A DNA stretch of 64,000 nucleotides, from the NCBI RefSeq assembly GCF_006345805.1, contig NC_043017.1, forward strand, positions 25,978,001 through 26,042,000. Reading direction: 5' to 3'. Position numbers and translations under genes: made by a program. Shown piece after piece: positions 13,660-27,858 of this stretch; the stretch's first letter is position 1, and every line of letters starts with the position of its first letter. Under the pieces are notes generated by a model. That model did not search any database, was not told where the DNA came from, and worked only from the letters and a program-made list of their open reading frames with translations. This DNA comes from Octopus sinensis. Its lineage: Eukaryota.

Positions 13660-14815
13660 TTTATGTTTGACTTTTGATTTACATTTGTACAAGTTGGATC
13701 CAAGTCTCACTCAGAGATCTCAAGAGACAACAAGTTAGAATTTCATGTCGATATTATGCCTAGGGTGTCATATATTTGATTTTGTACATAGTATTGTTCT
13801 AGAGAATGTTTATGAAACCATAAGAAATTTATGAGTTTGTTTAAAACTTGAGATTAAATAGAAAATATTTTGTATAGGATATGTGTAGTCCCCGTGAGCA
13901 TTATTTCTGCTAGTCTGGGGTTTCCTGGTATCTAAGCTATGTAGCAATCAACCCCTTTTGCTATCATTCCTAGAGCACCTATGACAACAGCTATTGTTTG
14001 AGTCTTCAGGTTCCACATTTTTCTAATTTGTATTTCAAGATCTTTATATTTGCTCAGTTTTTGGTAGGTCTTGACAAATACGTTTATATCGATTAGGACT
14101 GTGATATCAATGAAGAGGCATACTTTTTGTCTGAAGTCTTTCAATATGATGTCTGGTCTATTCGCAACTATCTTTCTGTGAGTTCGAGCGGTAAAGTTCC
14201 AGAGGAGTGCGATGTGATCATTTTCAAGCAGTGGAGGTGGTTTGTGTCCCACCAGTTATTATGATGGGACAAGTCCAGTTTTTGCAAATTACCCAGTGAA
14301 TATATTGTTACAGCTCTATCATGCCTGTTGAGATACTCTGTAGCCGCAAGAAAACTGCACTTGGAGACATACACGACATGTTGGGAAGCTACCGTTCTTT
14401 AATATGTTGGCCTGGTAGTTACTTGTAGGTAGGCATTGATTTGGGCAGCTATGATAAACCCTTCTGTTTCAGATTTTAAACCAGAAGCCATTAGTCATTG
14501 ATGGGTAAGGGATTTGTCAACATCGGCATTATTCGCTCTCTTTGGGTATTTGCCATTGAGAGGTTTTTCTTGCCTTTTATCAGTAATAATATCTAAGGCA
14601 GCAGTTTTAGCACGGGTTTTCATGCGCTTAACCTATCCTGCGCTTGTTTCTCTTTTGTCTAATTCCAGAATTTGTTGTATTTGGAATTCGCTTAGATATT
14701 CCTTTGACTTTTTTTGTTACTAAGTATCATGCTTTCTTGTTTTCATGTTTTGAGACAAGTTTTAACATCCCGTTCTTAGAGATTTTCAAGTTGGTATCCA
14801 TGCCAATTATGGCAG
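13660..14815 (-). mobile_element. R4/Dong-clade non-LTR retrotransposon, 5'-truncated (zinc knuckle + RLE endonuclease + 3' UTR)
   Basis: Minus strand: KPLNGKYP..GLKSETEGFIIAAQ..RHDRA..LLWNF..RPDIIL..CLFIDITV..KLSKYKDLEIQI..VVIGALG (PD..D..K RLE motif). Flanked by (TTA)n on both sides. Confidence 0.9.
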
Positions 14816-14844
14816 TCTTCATATTATCATTATCATTATCATCA

Positions 14845-14908
<64 letters not shown>

Positions 14909-14961
14909 CATTATTATTGTTGCTGTTGTTGTTGTTCTTCTTCTTCTTATTATTATTATTG

Positions 14962-15222
14962 AGTTAGAGAGCAGAGCATGCCATCAAAGTGACACTGGGG
15001 TAAAATATACGAAGCGTAGTATAACTATCATCACCACACATCTGATAAGGTTACACCGGGCACATGCATCACAACCATATGTGCGCAACATGGTGATCTC
15101 ATATCAAGATAAACAGTGCATGACCTTGCAGTTGGGGCCCAGTTTATAATTTTCTGCTGGTCCAGTAGCCCATTCAGCACAAAAGGCCATTGAATAAGGA
15201 TTATTTAAGAATGTTGAACGAA
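14962..15222 (-). mobile_element. Interspersed non-coding repeat whose 3' end runs into (TAA)n; truncated by a family B SINE
   Basis: Minus strand ends atggcatgctctgctctctaactc-aataataat. I recall this as a common octopus repeat; unverified. Confidence 0.4.
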
Positions 15223-15224
15223 CA

Positions 15225-15333
15225 GCTAAGTTACGGGGACGTAAACACGCCAGCGTCGGTTGTCAAGCGATGTTGAGGGAACAAACACTGACACACAAAC
15301 ACACACACAAACACCCACACCCACACCCCACAC

Positions 15334-15371
<38 letters not shown>

Positions 15372-15525
15372 TACGACGGGCTTCTTTCAGTTTCCGTCTA
15401 CCAAATCCACTCACAAGTCTTTGGTCAGCCTGAGGCAATAGTAGAATATACTTGCCCAAGTGGGACTGAAAACAGAGACATGTGGTTCGTAAGCAAGCTC
15501 CTTATCACACAGTCACTCCTACGCC
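15225..15525 (-). mobile_element. SINE family B, lacking its 3' tail
   Basis: Head and middle match 48354-48640. Confidence 0.8.
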
Positions 15526-16360
15526 AATATAGATAATTTTTTTACACATGCATACATACATAAATATCTATACACATACATACATTTATGCGTGTATATA
15601 TATATATATATATATATATATGCATGTTTTATATAATACAGTGGGAGTAGATGATATCAACTACCGAACTCTATTCGTTATCTCAGATTATTTCTAAGAT
15701 GTTTAAAAACGTTAAGTTAATTATCGTGCATGACATTTGACTACATAAAATGCGACTGAAGTGCAGTATATTCATATGCACACAGACACAGAAAAACACA
15801 CACACACAGACACATACACACACATGTATGCATATTATTAGCAATGTTAGTAGCAATATATTTTCACTTACAATTATTTTTCTTGTTACATTTGTTGTCG
15901 TTTTTCATGCTAGCAATGCTGTTTGCATGAAATACTTTGGATCATCAAGCCGGCTATATTTTCTTTTTTAGAATTTTGCATTTCAATTTCAAACTTGTGG
16001 ATACTACTTTGTATTTAGGCCCATCATATTTCATAAAAGAAACGCCAAAGAAATATTAATAGCGATAAAATCGATTAAACTCTTCTAACAAGTTTGCGAA
16101 CTTTCTTTTTAATGACATAATACAGGGATGAAAGCAAGAAATATCACGTTTTCCAGGACGCATAAGAGTCCTTATATTTAATATTAAAAAATTGCCTTGC
16201 GTTAAAGGAGCTCAAAGACTAGGTTTTTCTGTTAAACCATACACATTTTTCATACAGTGACAGCGTGGATATGTCATCGTAGACAATCTCTCTTTGATTT
16301 CTAGTTCCCTTTTCATTACACTCTATCTTCACTTTTGTCGGAAGCTTTTAACTTTTTGAT

Positions 16361-16391
<31 letters not shown>

Positions 16392-16655
16392 TATATATAT
16401 ATTATATATATATATTATATATATATATGTAGTAATTTCTAGAAGTTCTCGACTTTAGAATTGAATCCACACTTAGGTACTTACTTCCTCTTAAGTAAAT
16501 TTTATGATTCTTCATTTTGATTATATAAGTTGAACTATTTTTGATTGAACCACGTTTGTCTATATATTCTATTACTTGAAAAAGGAGTTTTCAAAAAATA
16601 GAAGTCATACAATCGTACATACTTCTAAAAAATATAATTAATATATGCTTGTATG

Positions 16656-16687
<32 letters not shown>

Positions 16688-16702
16688 TATGTATTTATAT
16701 AT

Positions 16703-16756
<54 letters not shown>

Positions 16757-17229
16757 ATATATTATATATATATATATATATATTAAATACATATTAGAGG
16801 GAAACCACTATGTGGACACCCTCTAATATGTATTTAATATAGAGCAAAACAACCAAAACGTAATCGAGCAACACAAAAGAAAAAGCAATAAAAATAGGGA
16901 TTATTCGCATATATGTTTGACTATTAACATATTACATAATTTTACTTACATAAATGTCCGTAGGTCAATTTAACTTTAAATTTATATATATATATATTAT
17001 ATATATATATATATATATAGTTAATCCAAACATGAAAACACAAAGAGAAAACACAACAACGCGAGGACGTGGAACAAGTATAGTATTATTGTGTAAAACC
17101 GGAACCAAGCTCCTTACGACACAGCCAAGCCTACCTGTGTCTATCTATCTATCTATCTGTCTATCTATCTATCTGTAGATAGATAGATAGATAGATAGGT
17201 AGATAGATAGATAGATAGATAGATAGATA

Positions 17230-17298
17230 TGTTTCTTTATTAGCCACACAGGGCTGCACACAGATAGAACAAATTACAAGGTAGAGCTTTTCTTGAAG

Positions 17299-17302
<4 letters not shown>
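17230..17302 (-). mobile_element. Retroelement 3' end with AATAAA running into (TATC)n
   Basis: Minus strand: aaaagctctaccttgtaatttgttctatctgtgtgcagccctgtgtggctAATAAAgaaa. Confidence 0.45.
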
Positions 17303-17341
<39 letters not shown>

Positions 17342-17874
17342 AAGGGGGAGGTTCGATCAAAAGGATCGTAAAGGAGAAAGAGGACAAAAATAAGGGGGGG
17401 TAAAAAAAAAGATAGATAGATTGATGAATTCGGGATATTTCTGAGAAATTGTATACAGTTTATAATATAGTGAATAACTTGTTTTCCAAAGCAGGATGTT
17501 CGCATGAATTTTGTCTTCTCGTATTACAGCCGTCGTTTATGCATCGTCTGATATTTGTCTTTGGGAAATATCTACATCACTGGCATTTATTTTCTTCTAG
17601 ACATTAAGACTTTCTATTTCAAATCGTATTTCTTTATTTGGAGAAACGGTAACATGAACGAAGCAGTCTAGATTGAATCCAGGTCAAAATTTCTGCTTAT
17701 CATTTTTTTTACACAGTAATGCGCTGTGGTGAAAATAGATAACCTCTCATATAATTTTATTATATATGCTCTATTATCCATCGTTAACTGCTTTCCGTCA
17801 TTGGCCGCAGCCTTGAATGGTTCAATGAAACAAGTCAACGCTAGGTGGTATGATTTCTTGTTTGTATTTGTCAG

Positions 17875-18125
17875 CTTCCTTAAATACTGAGAACAGTTTT
17901 TTTGTTTTGCTCGTGTTTTGCCGCTATTTGTATCAGTTTTCCTTCCTTCTGAAGTAGATATTTTTGCAGTCCTATGGTGGTTATTTTATAGTAGTTTTCC
18001 AGCTGTATAAGGCCTCTACCACCTTCTATACGTTGTATATATAGTCTTTCTATGTCAGATTTTGGGTGATGCATCCTAGATCCTTTTGTAAGACTGGCAC
18101 ATTTTTTATCGTGTTACTTTTGACG
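17875..18125 (-). mobile_element. R4/Dong-type LINE post-RT fragment
   Basis: MHHPKSDIERLYIQRIEGGRGLIQLE matches the HHP..D..RLY..R..GGRGL motif. Confidence 0.85.
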
Positions 18126-18676
18126 AATTGCTCAGTTACATGCAAGTAAAATAACACTAGCTGTTACCAATTTACCTAACAAGCCATTGTCTTGGCCATA
18201 GTTTTGCAGATCACATCTACTCAAGATGCCCCGTAATCAGACTGAACTTGAAGACACAGGGTTAAAAAATGAGCTTTTTAACTACAGAGGTGTGCCAACG
18301 CCTATTACATCCATTCTTAAAATGTTTTCCCTTGTACACTTTGTAAAGCTCAATATGAATTTATCAGTATTCTTCTTGGATTTCTGAAATGCTCAGTTAT
18401 TATTAGAATAGCAATCAACACCAAAAGCAGAGGAGAGACTGATTTTCATTAGTCTTTCTTCTGAAGGTTTTCCTAATATCAGTTATTTTCAAACTCGTGC
18501 TGCCCATGGCTCTCTGTAGTAAATCCTAAAGACACGGCCGAAGGAACAAGGAAGACAAAGAGGTTGAAAAAATTGTTTTCAAATTTTGATAAAATGTCAG
18601 GAATTTCACGTGAGTTACTAAATCAATTACATCAATACAACTACTAATAATAATGATAATCATCATGATAATAATA

Positions 18677-18774
<98 letters not shown>

Positions 18775-18795
18775 GTGATAATAATAATAATAATA

Positions 18796-18845
<50 letters not shown>

Positions 18846-18863
18846 TAATAATAATAATAATAA

Positions 18864-19670
18864 TATGGTTGAGAAGCTCAGGACTCAAAGCAGAAACAGA
18901 GGGATTTTTAATTGCAGCACAAGACCAAAGCCTCCCCACCAGAAATTACCAAAAACATGTAACTGCCAGAAATTACCCCACCAGAAATTACCAAAAACAT
19001 GTAACTGCAGAATATGTGGAGATGGACAAGAAACAATAAATCATATTATCTCTAGCTGCCCAGTCCCGGCTAAGAAGGAATATATTCACAGACATGACAG
19101 AGTTGGAACCTACATACATTGGAAGCTATGCCAACATTATGGAATAACAACAGAAAAAAGATGGTATAGGCACACACCAGAAAAGGTCACAGAAAACGAG
19201 AAAGCAACCATACTCTGGGATATGCCGATACACACAGATAGAGAAATTAAGGCCAACAGACCAGATATAGTTGTCAGAGATCATGAAGAAAAAAAATGCT
19301 TTCTAATTGATGTATCAATACCGGCTGATGACACCGTGTCTCTAAAAGAAATGGAGAGAACTCTCAAATAAAAAGACCTGGAAATAGAGGTAACTAGAAT
19401 CTGGAATCTGAAAACAGAAACAATTCCTATCATAGTAGGTGCATTAGGCATGATAAAAAAATATTCAGACAAATACATAACAAAAACACCAGAGGACTTA
19501 CAAACACATATAACATACAGAAAATTGCACTACTAGGACTGCACACATCCTACGCAGAACACTCTCCATACAATAACCATCAGAGCATCACAACAAATCA
19601 CAGCACATACCCAAGGCACACAGAGCTGCACTCGGTAGTGAAGTGAAAGCACGCTATAAAAATAAAACTA

Positions 19671-19673
<3 letters not shown>
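18864..19673 (+). mobile_element. R4/Dong-clade LINE, 5'-truncated 3' end with CCHC knuckle, RLE domain and 3' UTR
   Basis: [53 protein letters not shown]; has an internal ~40-bp duplication; embedded in (TAA)n on both sides. Confidence 0.92.
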
Positions 19674-19747
<74 letters not shown>

Positions 19748-19777
19748 ATAATAATAATAATAATAATAATAATATAA

Positions 19778-19826
<49 letters not shown>

Positions 19827-19884
19827 TAATAATAATAATAAGAATAAGAAGAAGAAGAAGAAGAAGAGAAGAAGAAGAAGAAGA

Positions 19885-20280
19885 AGTAGGATCCTTTCTA
19901 CTATGAGCACAAGGCCAGAAATGTTGTGGGAGGGGACTAGTCGATTATATCAACCCCAGTGCATAACTGATACTAAATTTATCAACCCTGCTAAATCGAT
20001 CTCGGAGGAATTTGATTTCAGAACGTAGCGGCAGACGAAATACCGATTTCTTTACTACCCACAAGGGGTTAAACATAGAGTGGACAAACAAGGAGAAACA
20101 AACGGATGATTAAGTCGATTATATCGACGCCAGTGCGTAAGTGGTACTTAATTTATCGACCCCGAAAGGATGAAAGGCAAAGTTGACCTCGGCGGAATTT
20201 GAACTCAGAACGTAACGGCAGACGAAATACCACAAAGAATTTTTGCCCGGCGTACTAACGATTCTGCCATTTGCCACATT
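19885..20280 (-). mobile_element. Two tandem SINE family C units
   Basis: Reverse complement matches 29243-29660 (atcgaccccgaaaggatgaaaggcaaagttgacctcggcggaatttgaactcagaacg). Confidence 0.8.
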
Positions 20281-20304
20281 AATATTATTATTATTATTAT
20301 TATT

Positions 20305-20406
20305 CAGTAGTTTTATTTTTTTAGCGTGCTTTCACTTCACTACCGAGCGCAGCTCTGTGTGCCTTGGGTATGTGATGTGATTTGTTGTGATGCTCTGATG
20401 GTTATT

Positions 20407-20409
<3 letters not shown>
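20305..20409 (-). mobile_element. ~105-bp 3' UTR-only insertion of the same R4/Dong family as 18864-19673
   Basis: Near-exact reverse complement of 19569-19673; flanked by (TTA)n on both sides. Confidence 0.88.
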
Positions 20410-20444
<35 letters not shown>

Positions 20445-20528
20445 TTATTATTATTATTATTATTATTAATAATGATAATAATAATAATAATAATAATGAT
20501 AATAATAACAATAATAATAATAATAATA

Positions 20529-20560
<32 letters not shown>

Positions 20561-21705
20561 GTAGTAGTATTAATACAACAATAATAATAATAGTAATAAT
20601 AGTAACATACTTTCTTTCTATCATACCCGAATCTCTCTTTTAGTGCCACCCATTTTCTTACCCATTAACCTAATCTACCAATAACACTGTTGCTACGACT
20701 GAGAAGGTTTATAGTTGCAATGATGAAATCCATTATTTAGTAATCTCAGCCAATGGATTTTATGTAAATCACGTGTAATCAAATATAATCCCGTTTAATC
20801 ACGCTAAATCACGTTTTTAAATCATAAGAGGACAGATACTGTTTAGTTAGAACTAAACTACATCTCGTATATTTCGTTGTGTTTCATTTTCATTGTTTTC
20901 ATGTTTTTTCTTTCGTAGCTTCCTTCTGTCTGTTTTTGATGGCTTTATACCGATTGATACAGCACACAATATGATTATTATTTCACCCACTACTCTCTTC
21001 CGCCTTCAAGTTTCTGCTGGATATCGCTCCTAATACACGCTTTCAGAGATACACAAAATTTGTTAGACATTAATACACATACAGAGACACACATATATGC
21101 ATACAGAAGAACATACACATGTTCAGAGACACAGAGAGATACATGCCTCAGGTTTGTAACTAACAATTTTGCATTCGTCTTATCAAAATATGTTGCGTTT
21201 CTTATATGATAAACGACATTCAAACTGAACGAATTTCACTAGCAACCATTGGAAGCGTTAGCACAACAACCTAGAGCGCTCTAAAAACCATCAAGATTTT
21301 GATTTATAAGAACTATAAAAGAAAATAAGCTTTACCATTTTAGAACAAGACAATAGCATAAAAACAGTTACCGTTTGTATTCTTCTAATGTCTTCAAATC
21401 TATCGCTATCTCCAGAAAGCCAAATCAAGTCATGTCAGAAGTCAAGTCAACGAATATGAAACTAAAAATGAAAAAAAATGAATAGAATTAAAGCAAATGC
21501 GTAGGATTTAGACAAGCAAACGGAAGGAGCAAGAGAGTCGTAAAGAGAAAGAAAAGTAGTGCATGGCGGCTTAGAATATATGAGTGTGTGAGTGTTTGTG
21601 TGTGAGTGTTTATATGTGTATGAGGGAGAGTGTATAAGAGAGAGACAGCGGCAAATAATCAGTGAGAAATTGGGAGTGTTATTAGCGATAGAGGAATCCA
21701 TAGTA

Positions 21706-21710
21706 AACAA

Positions 21711-21750
<40 letters not shown>

Positions 21751-21828
21751 ATCTAGCTAGCTAGTTACCTGCCAATCTTTATTCCTTTATTCGTCTCTCT
21801 CTCATTCTCTCTCTCATATATATATATC

Positions 21829-21887
<59 letters not shown>

Positions 21888-21968
21888 TATATAAATATTT
21901 ATATTGATTTATATATATATAAATCAATATAAATATTTATATATATATGTGTGTATATAATATATATA

Positions 21969-22025
<57 letters not shown>

Positions 22026-22080
22026 ATGAGAGAGAGACGAATAAAGGAATAAAGATTGGCAGGTAACTAGCTAGCTAGAT

Positions 22081-22120
<40 letters not shown>

Positions 22121-22125
22121 TTGTT
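21706..22125. repeat. Near-perfect ~420-bp palindrome centred on a TA tract
   Basis: Unique segment ctagttacctgccaatctttattcctttattcgtc (21761 onward) has its exact reverse complement at ~22036-22070; centre at 21915/21916. Confidence 0.9.
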
Positions 22126-22160
22126 ATATATATATAAATGTGATACACACACACACATAA

Positions 22161-22212
<52 letters not shown>

Positions 22213-23195
22213 CTTATGAGTGTGTGTATATCAACATAGGAAGCGCTATGTATACCCAAAGACCACGGGCGCATATACCCATATGGAAACACATCCATAT
22301 TTAAAAACGCCTCAGTAACATATACAAAAATAACACAAGAGCACATCGACATTCCGCACCCTGGAAAATAGTAACCTATGAAAGACTATATCCATTCATA
22401 CACACTTATATCTGCATCTATATATGCATGCATGCATCTATGCATGTGTGAACGTATATTTAATTATTAGTGAATGTATGCATATATTAACACATATATA
22501 CTCACACACACACACACACACACAAAGATTATATATGCATGTATGTATATATGGAGTATAAGTTTATAATGTAGGTATATATATATTATATATATATATA
22601 TATGTATATACACACACACACACTCATCTATATATATATACATATATATATAGTATATATATAAGTATATAAATAAATATATACATATAAATATATGTAT
22701 ATAAATATATACATATATATAAATACTTATATAAATCAACATTTATATGAATATATTATATATAAATATATATTGAACATATATAACTTATACACTCACA
22801 CACATATATATATATGCATGTATGTATATATGGATATGTTAAGTTTATAATGTATGTATATATATATATATATATATTATGTATATACACACACACACAC
22901 TCATCTATATAATATACATATATAATAGATATATATAAGTATATAATAAATATATACATATAAATATATATGTATATAATATATACATAATATAATACTT
23001 ATATAAATACACATTTATATGAATATATTTATATATAATATATATATGAACATATATAACTATATACACTCACACACTTATAATATATACATATACTATA
23101 TAACATATATATATATATTATTATATATATCTATATATATATATATACTGCATACACGTTTATGTGTGCTGTAAGTGTCTGACTTGTGTATATAT

Positions 23196-23229
<34 letters not shown>

Positions 23230-23913
23230 ATATGTATGTATGTATATAAAAGCATATATGCGCATGCACTTGCATAGACGCGAGCGATAGGAATTAAATA
23301 CAGAGAATTAGAAACCCGGTAGGAGCCGAATAGTTTGGTTGAGTAAGAGATAAAACGAGTGAAATGTAGCTTTCATGTCATCTGCGGAGAATCTTTCTGA
23401 TCTCGTTACTTATCCGCTTGTCATTTATAATAAGAAAGACCTGAGATGCAAGGTGGAATGACAGAGATGGCATCGAGATTTAGAGGTAATAGATTTAGTA
23501 GTAGTTCGAAAGAGATACAGTAAAAAGAGAGAGAGAGATAGACCAAGAGAGAGGACCGAGAGAGAGAGGGGAATCAGAGATAAATATATAGAAATATTGA
23601 CCTGAATGCATGGAAGAGCAACCAGTAATAAGGACGGCGAACATGAAGGGGTTAGGCAGAAAGGAAAGAGAAAAATCAAAATCAAAAACAAAAAAAAACC
23701 CATTAGTTTATGACGTGGAATATGCAGTTTGCAAATGATTATACCTATATATATATATATATATACATGCAAATATGTATCTATGTACGTATATATTACA
23801 TACACACACACACAACACACATATATATAATATTATGTGTGTGTAGTATATATATATATATGTATATAATTAAATATATATATATATATTATATATATAT
23901 ATATTAATTACAT

Positions 23914-23946
<33 letters not shown>

Positions 23947-23954
23947 AGTGTGTG

Positions 23955-23985
<31 letters not shown>

Positions 23986-23995
23986 GTAATAGGAT

Positions 23996-24031
<36 letters not shown>

Positions 24032-24475
24032 GCATATATACATATATATGCATATATATACGTGTGTGTGTATAAACACACATACACCATGCACGCTGAG
24101 ATAACCAAACACGAGGCGAGAAACGCTGATATGCACTCTCAGCCCATTCATACACGCACATATCTACAAATGCATGTGCATGTAGAATGCATTATGTATG
24201 TGTATATGTGTATATGTATGTCTCAGTGTGTGAGTATGTATGTGTGGATGTCCGTATATATCTGTATTATATATATATATATGTGCACATATATATGGGA
24301 CTAGGATCGTTGCAGTCAATAGACATTCAGAATTTAGAAGCTAAATAGGAAAATAAATTCGCGTATTGCAAGAGGTAGCAGATAAACGGAGAAAAAGTGT
24401 AAAACGGGAAAATGGAAAACAGGGAAGCGATATAATATATATATACGTAATATGTATACATACCTATATAATATA

Positions 24476-24517
<42 letters not shown>

Positions 24518-24534
24518 TATTTAATATATATATA

Positions 24535-24577
<43 letters not shown>

Positions 24578-24681
24578 ATATATATCTATAATATATGTAT
24601 ATATATATACATATATATATGCACCGGGAAAATTGGAAACAGGGAAGCGATATAATATATACGTGTAGATAGTATATATAG

Positions 24682-24716
<35 letters not shown>

Positions 24717-24747
24717 TATATATATATTGTATATATATGTATATATG

Positions 24748-24794
<47 letters not shown>

Positions 24795-25387
24795 GCACCG
24801 GGAAAATGGAAAACAGGAAGGCGATACAATATACATACATATATACATATATAATGTCACAAATATTAATAAACGTGAGGAAAGTTAAATCTAATAAAGG
24901 TGAAAGGAAGCTCACTAAGTATTGAAATAGGTCGAAAAAAGGCGTTGAAAATTTAATACAATTTTTTTTCTTTTATGTGTGAGTGTATGAGATAAGAGAT
25001 AAGGTAACGGGAACAGAGAAAAAAGAAATAAATTGAATTTTCTCATGTATTTATAAATGACAATGCAGTGGGCATGAGTAGCTTAGAAATAGGATTTAAG
25101 CCTAAAAATTGGAAAAAACGAACAACGGAAGTCTTATTAATAAGAAAAGTGAAACGAATGTGACATCTACAATGCATTGTGATAAAGGCTTTTGTTGTGC
25201 GGTGGAGCTAATACTTGGAAAGTTCTAAATCTGCCCATGATGATTTTGTTTGATATATGATCATTTCCCTGATCGCTTTCTGCCTACTACAAAACGCTGT
25301 GACAATGTTCATTCATAACACATCCATTCAAGAAATGAAGATAAGACAATTTCGAGAAATTTATGAATGCAAAGGCTTTTATATCTG

Positions 25388-25480
<93 letters not shown>

Positions 25481-26319
25481 ATATCTATCTATCTAACACT
25501 GTGATACACGATCCCTATTGATCGTTTTTTTACTCTTCCCCTTTTTCCTCCCTTTTTTCTTCTTTTTTTCATTTCTCTTTTCTTTTGTTCCTTTTTCCCT
25601 TTTTTATATTTTTTGTTCTTTTTTTTCTCTTTTACGATCCCTTTTGATCGAAAACCTACGCCTCCTTTTTTTATTTTCATCCAGCAAAAGATAGATAGAT
25701 ATCTATCTACCTATCTGTCTGACTGAGGGTCTACCTACCTATTTATCAATCTATCTGTGTGTGTGTTTATGCGTTTTGCTATATGAACAATTATTCATTA
25801 TTCTAATTTTACTTGTTTTTTTGTTGAGTATACATCTGTTACTCTTAGACAAGAATATTACTTAATGTGATGATACACAGCGAAGTCTAGCTTCAGACCA
25901 TCGCGGTCCGAATACGACTTAACTGGGAGAAAGTCCAAAGCCGTTTTAAATAATGGATGATACTAGCTATATAATGCAATGAAATGTGATCATTATACAT
26001 CAATAATTGCCGGAAAATATACGTACAAACATAGATGCAAACGTAGAAGAAAACCAATTTTACATAAGTAAATTTAGGCAAAGGACAAAGTATTTCAGAT
26101 TCTGATGCGTAGGTGGCAAATGCGAAGGAAATAATAATAAAATTATTTACTGAGGAAATATAGAGTGACATGGAGAATTTAGACTCAGAAAGGTTGAAAG
26201 AATATGACATTGTAAAATGCATAAGAGAGAACGTGAACTCCAATATAATCGTCTCAGATTTTGTTAGCCATAACATATGAACCACTAAGACAATAACCCG
26301 AAGCATGTAAGTCTCTCTC

Positions 26320-26399
<80 letters not shown>

Positions 26400-26607
26400 A
26401 CTATAGATCGCTCGATCCATCCATCCATCCATCCGTCCGCCTGTCCATCCATCGATCCATCCGTCCGTGTGTCTCTCTGTCTGTATATGTGCCTGTATAT
26501 ATCATCTATGTATGTGTACCCGTTTGTGCCTTGATATATATAAATATGTGCTTATATACATATATATATATATGTATATATATATATATCTATATATATA
26601 TATATAC

Positions 26608-26656
<49 letters not shown>

Positions 26657-26698
26657 TATACATATTTATACATATATATATATTATATATATATATAC

Positions 26699-26758
<60 letters not shown>

Positions 26759-27242
26759 AGAAGAAAGAGAGAGATAAATACATACATATGTATCGATGCA
26801 TATAATATATGCTTGTATATATATGCCAGTGTTAGTAGTCGACAAAATTCAGAAATGTTATCACACCATGTGGTATTTTAATTTCAATCTCATATCTGAC
26901 GATATGATTCCTACTCGGCAGTTCATAAATCCTATTTCTAATGCTTACACTTGCAACAATCCCCACAGCCAATTATCTTCCTACTCATGCAGCCATTCAG
27001 AGACGTTTTTTCACATTTCTCGAACCGACTTCTCTCTATTGTCGACTCTCTTCCTTATGCGATCGTTATACCTTTGCTCGCTATTGTCAGTGAAAGTTTG
27101 TTTGTGGATTTCCTGTGAATGCATTGAATGTTTGCAAAATCAAAGGAGAGCTGAGTTCATTTAAGTACGAAAATAATTGTTTAGTTTATCAGTTTTGTGA
27201 CATAATCCAGGCTTAGTAAATCTGCAAGTAATCTTCGTAAAT

Positions 27243-27407
27243 AGGCGTAGGAGTGGCTGTGTGTTAAGTAGCTTGCTTACGAACCACATGGTTCCTCGTT
27301 CTGTCCCTACTATAGCCTCAGGCCGACCAAAAGCTTATGAGCAGATTTGGTAGACGGAAGCTGAAAGAAGCCCGTCGTATATATATGCATATATATATCT
27401 ATATCTA

Positions 27408-27448
<41 letters not shown>

Positions 27449-27858
27449 GCGCAGGAGTGGCTGTGTGGTAAGTAGATTGTTTACCAACCACATGGTTCCG
27501 GGTTCAGTCCCACTGCGTGGCACCTTCGGCAAGTGTCTTCTACTATAGCCTCAGGCCTCGGGCCGGCCAAAGCCTTGTGAATGGATTTGGTAGACGGAAA
27601 CTGAAAGAAGCCCGTCGTATATATGTATATATATGCGTGTGTGTGTTTGTGTGTCTGTGTTTGTCCCCCTAGCATTGCTTGACAACCGATGCTGATGTGT
27701 TTATGTCCCTGATAACTTGCAGTTCAGCAAAAGACACCAATAGAATAAGTACTGGGCTTACAAAAGAATAAGTCCCGAGGTCGAGTTGCTCGATTAAAGG
27801 CGGTGCTCCAGCATGGCCGCAGTCAAATGACTGAAACAAGTAAAAGAGGGTAAAGAGT
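27243..27858 (+). mobile_element. SINE family B: head-only copy (27243-27378) followed by a full copy (27447-27858)
   Basis: Both begin aggcg(t/c)aggagtggctgtgtg; the second has the complete tail. Confidence 0.85.

Noticed and set aside
17875-19673. Twin-priming 5' inversion joining the minus and plus R4/Dong fragments
   Set aside because: The pieces are separated by about 500 bp of unrelated DNA plus a TAA tract; independent insertions are simpler.
24395-24835. CRISPR-like repeat-spacer pattern
   Set aside because: Spacers are TA microsatellite of very unequal length, the context is eukaryotic and there are no cas genes.
25990-26310. Protein-like degenerate frame ending at a gtaagt donor
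   Set aside because: Several in-frame stops and no recognisable family motif.
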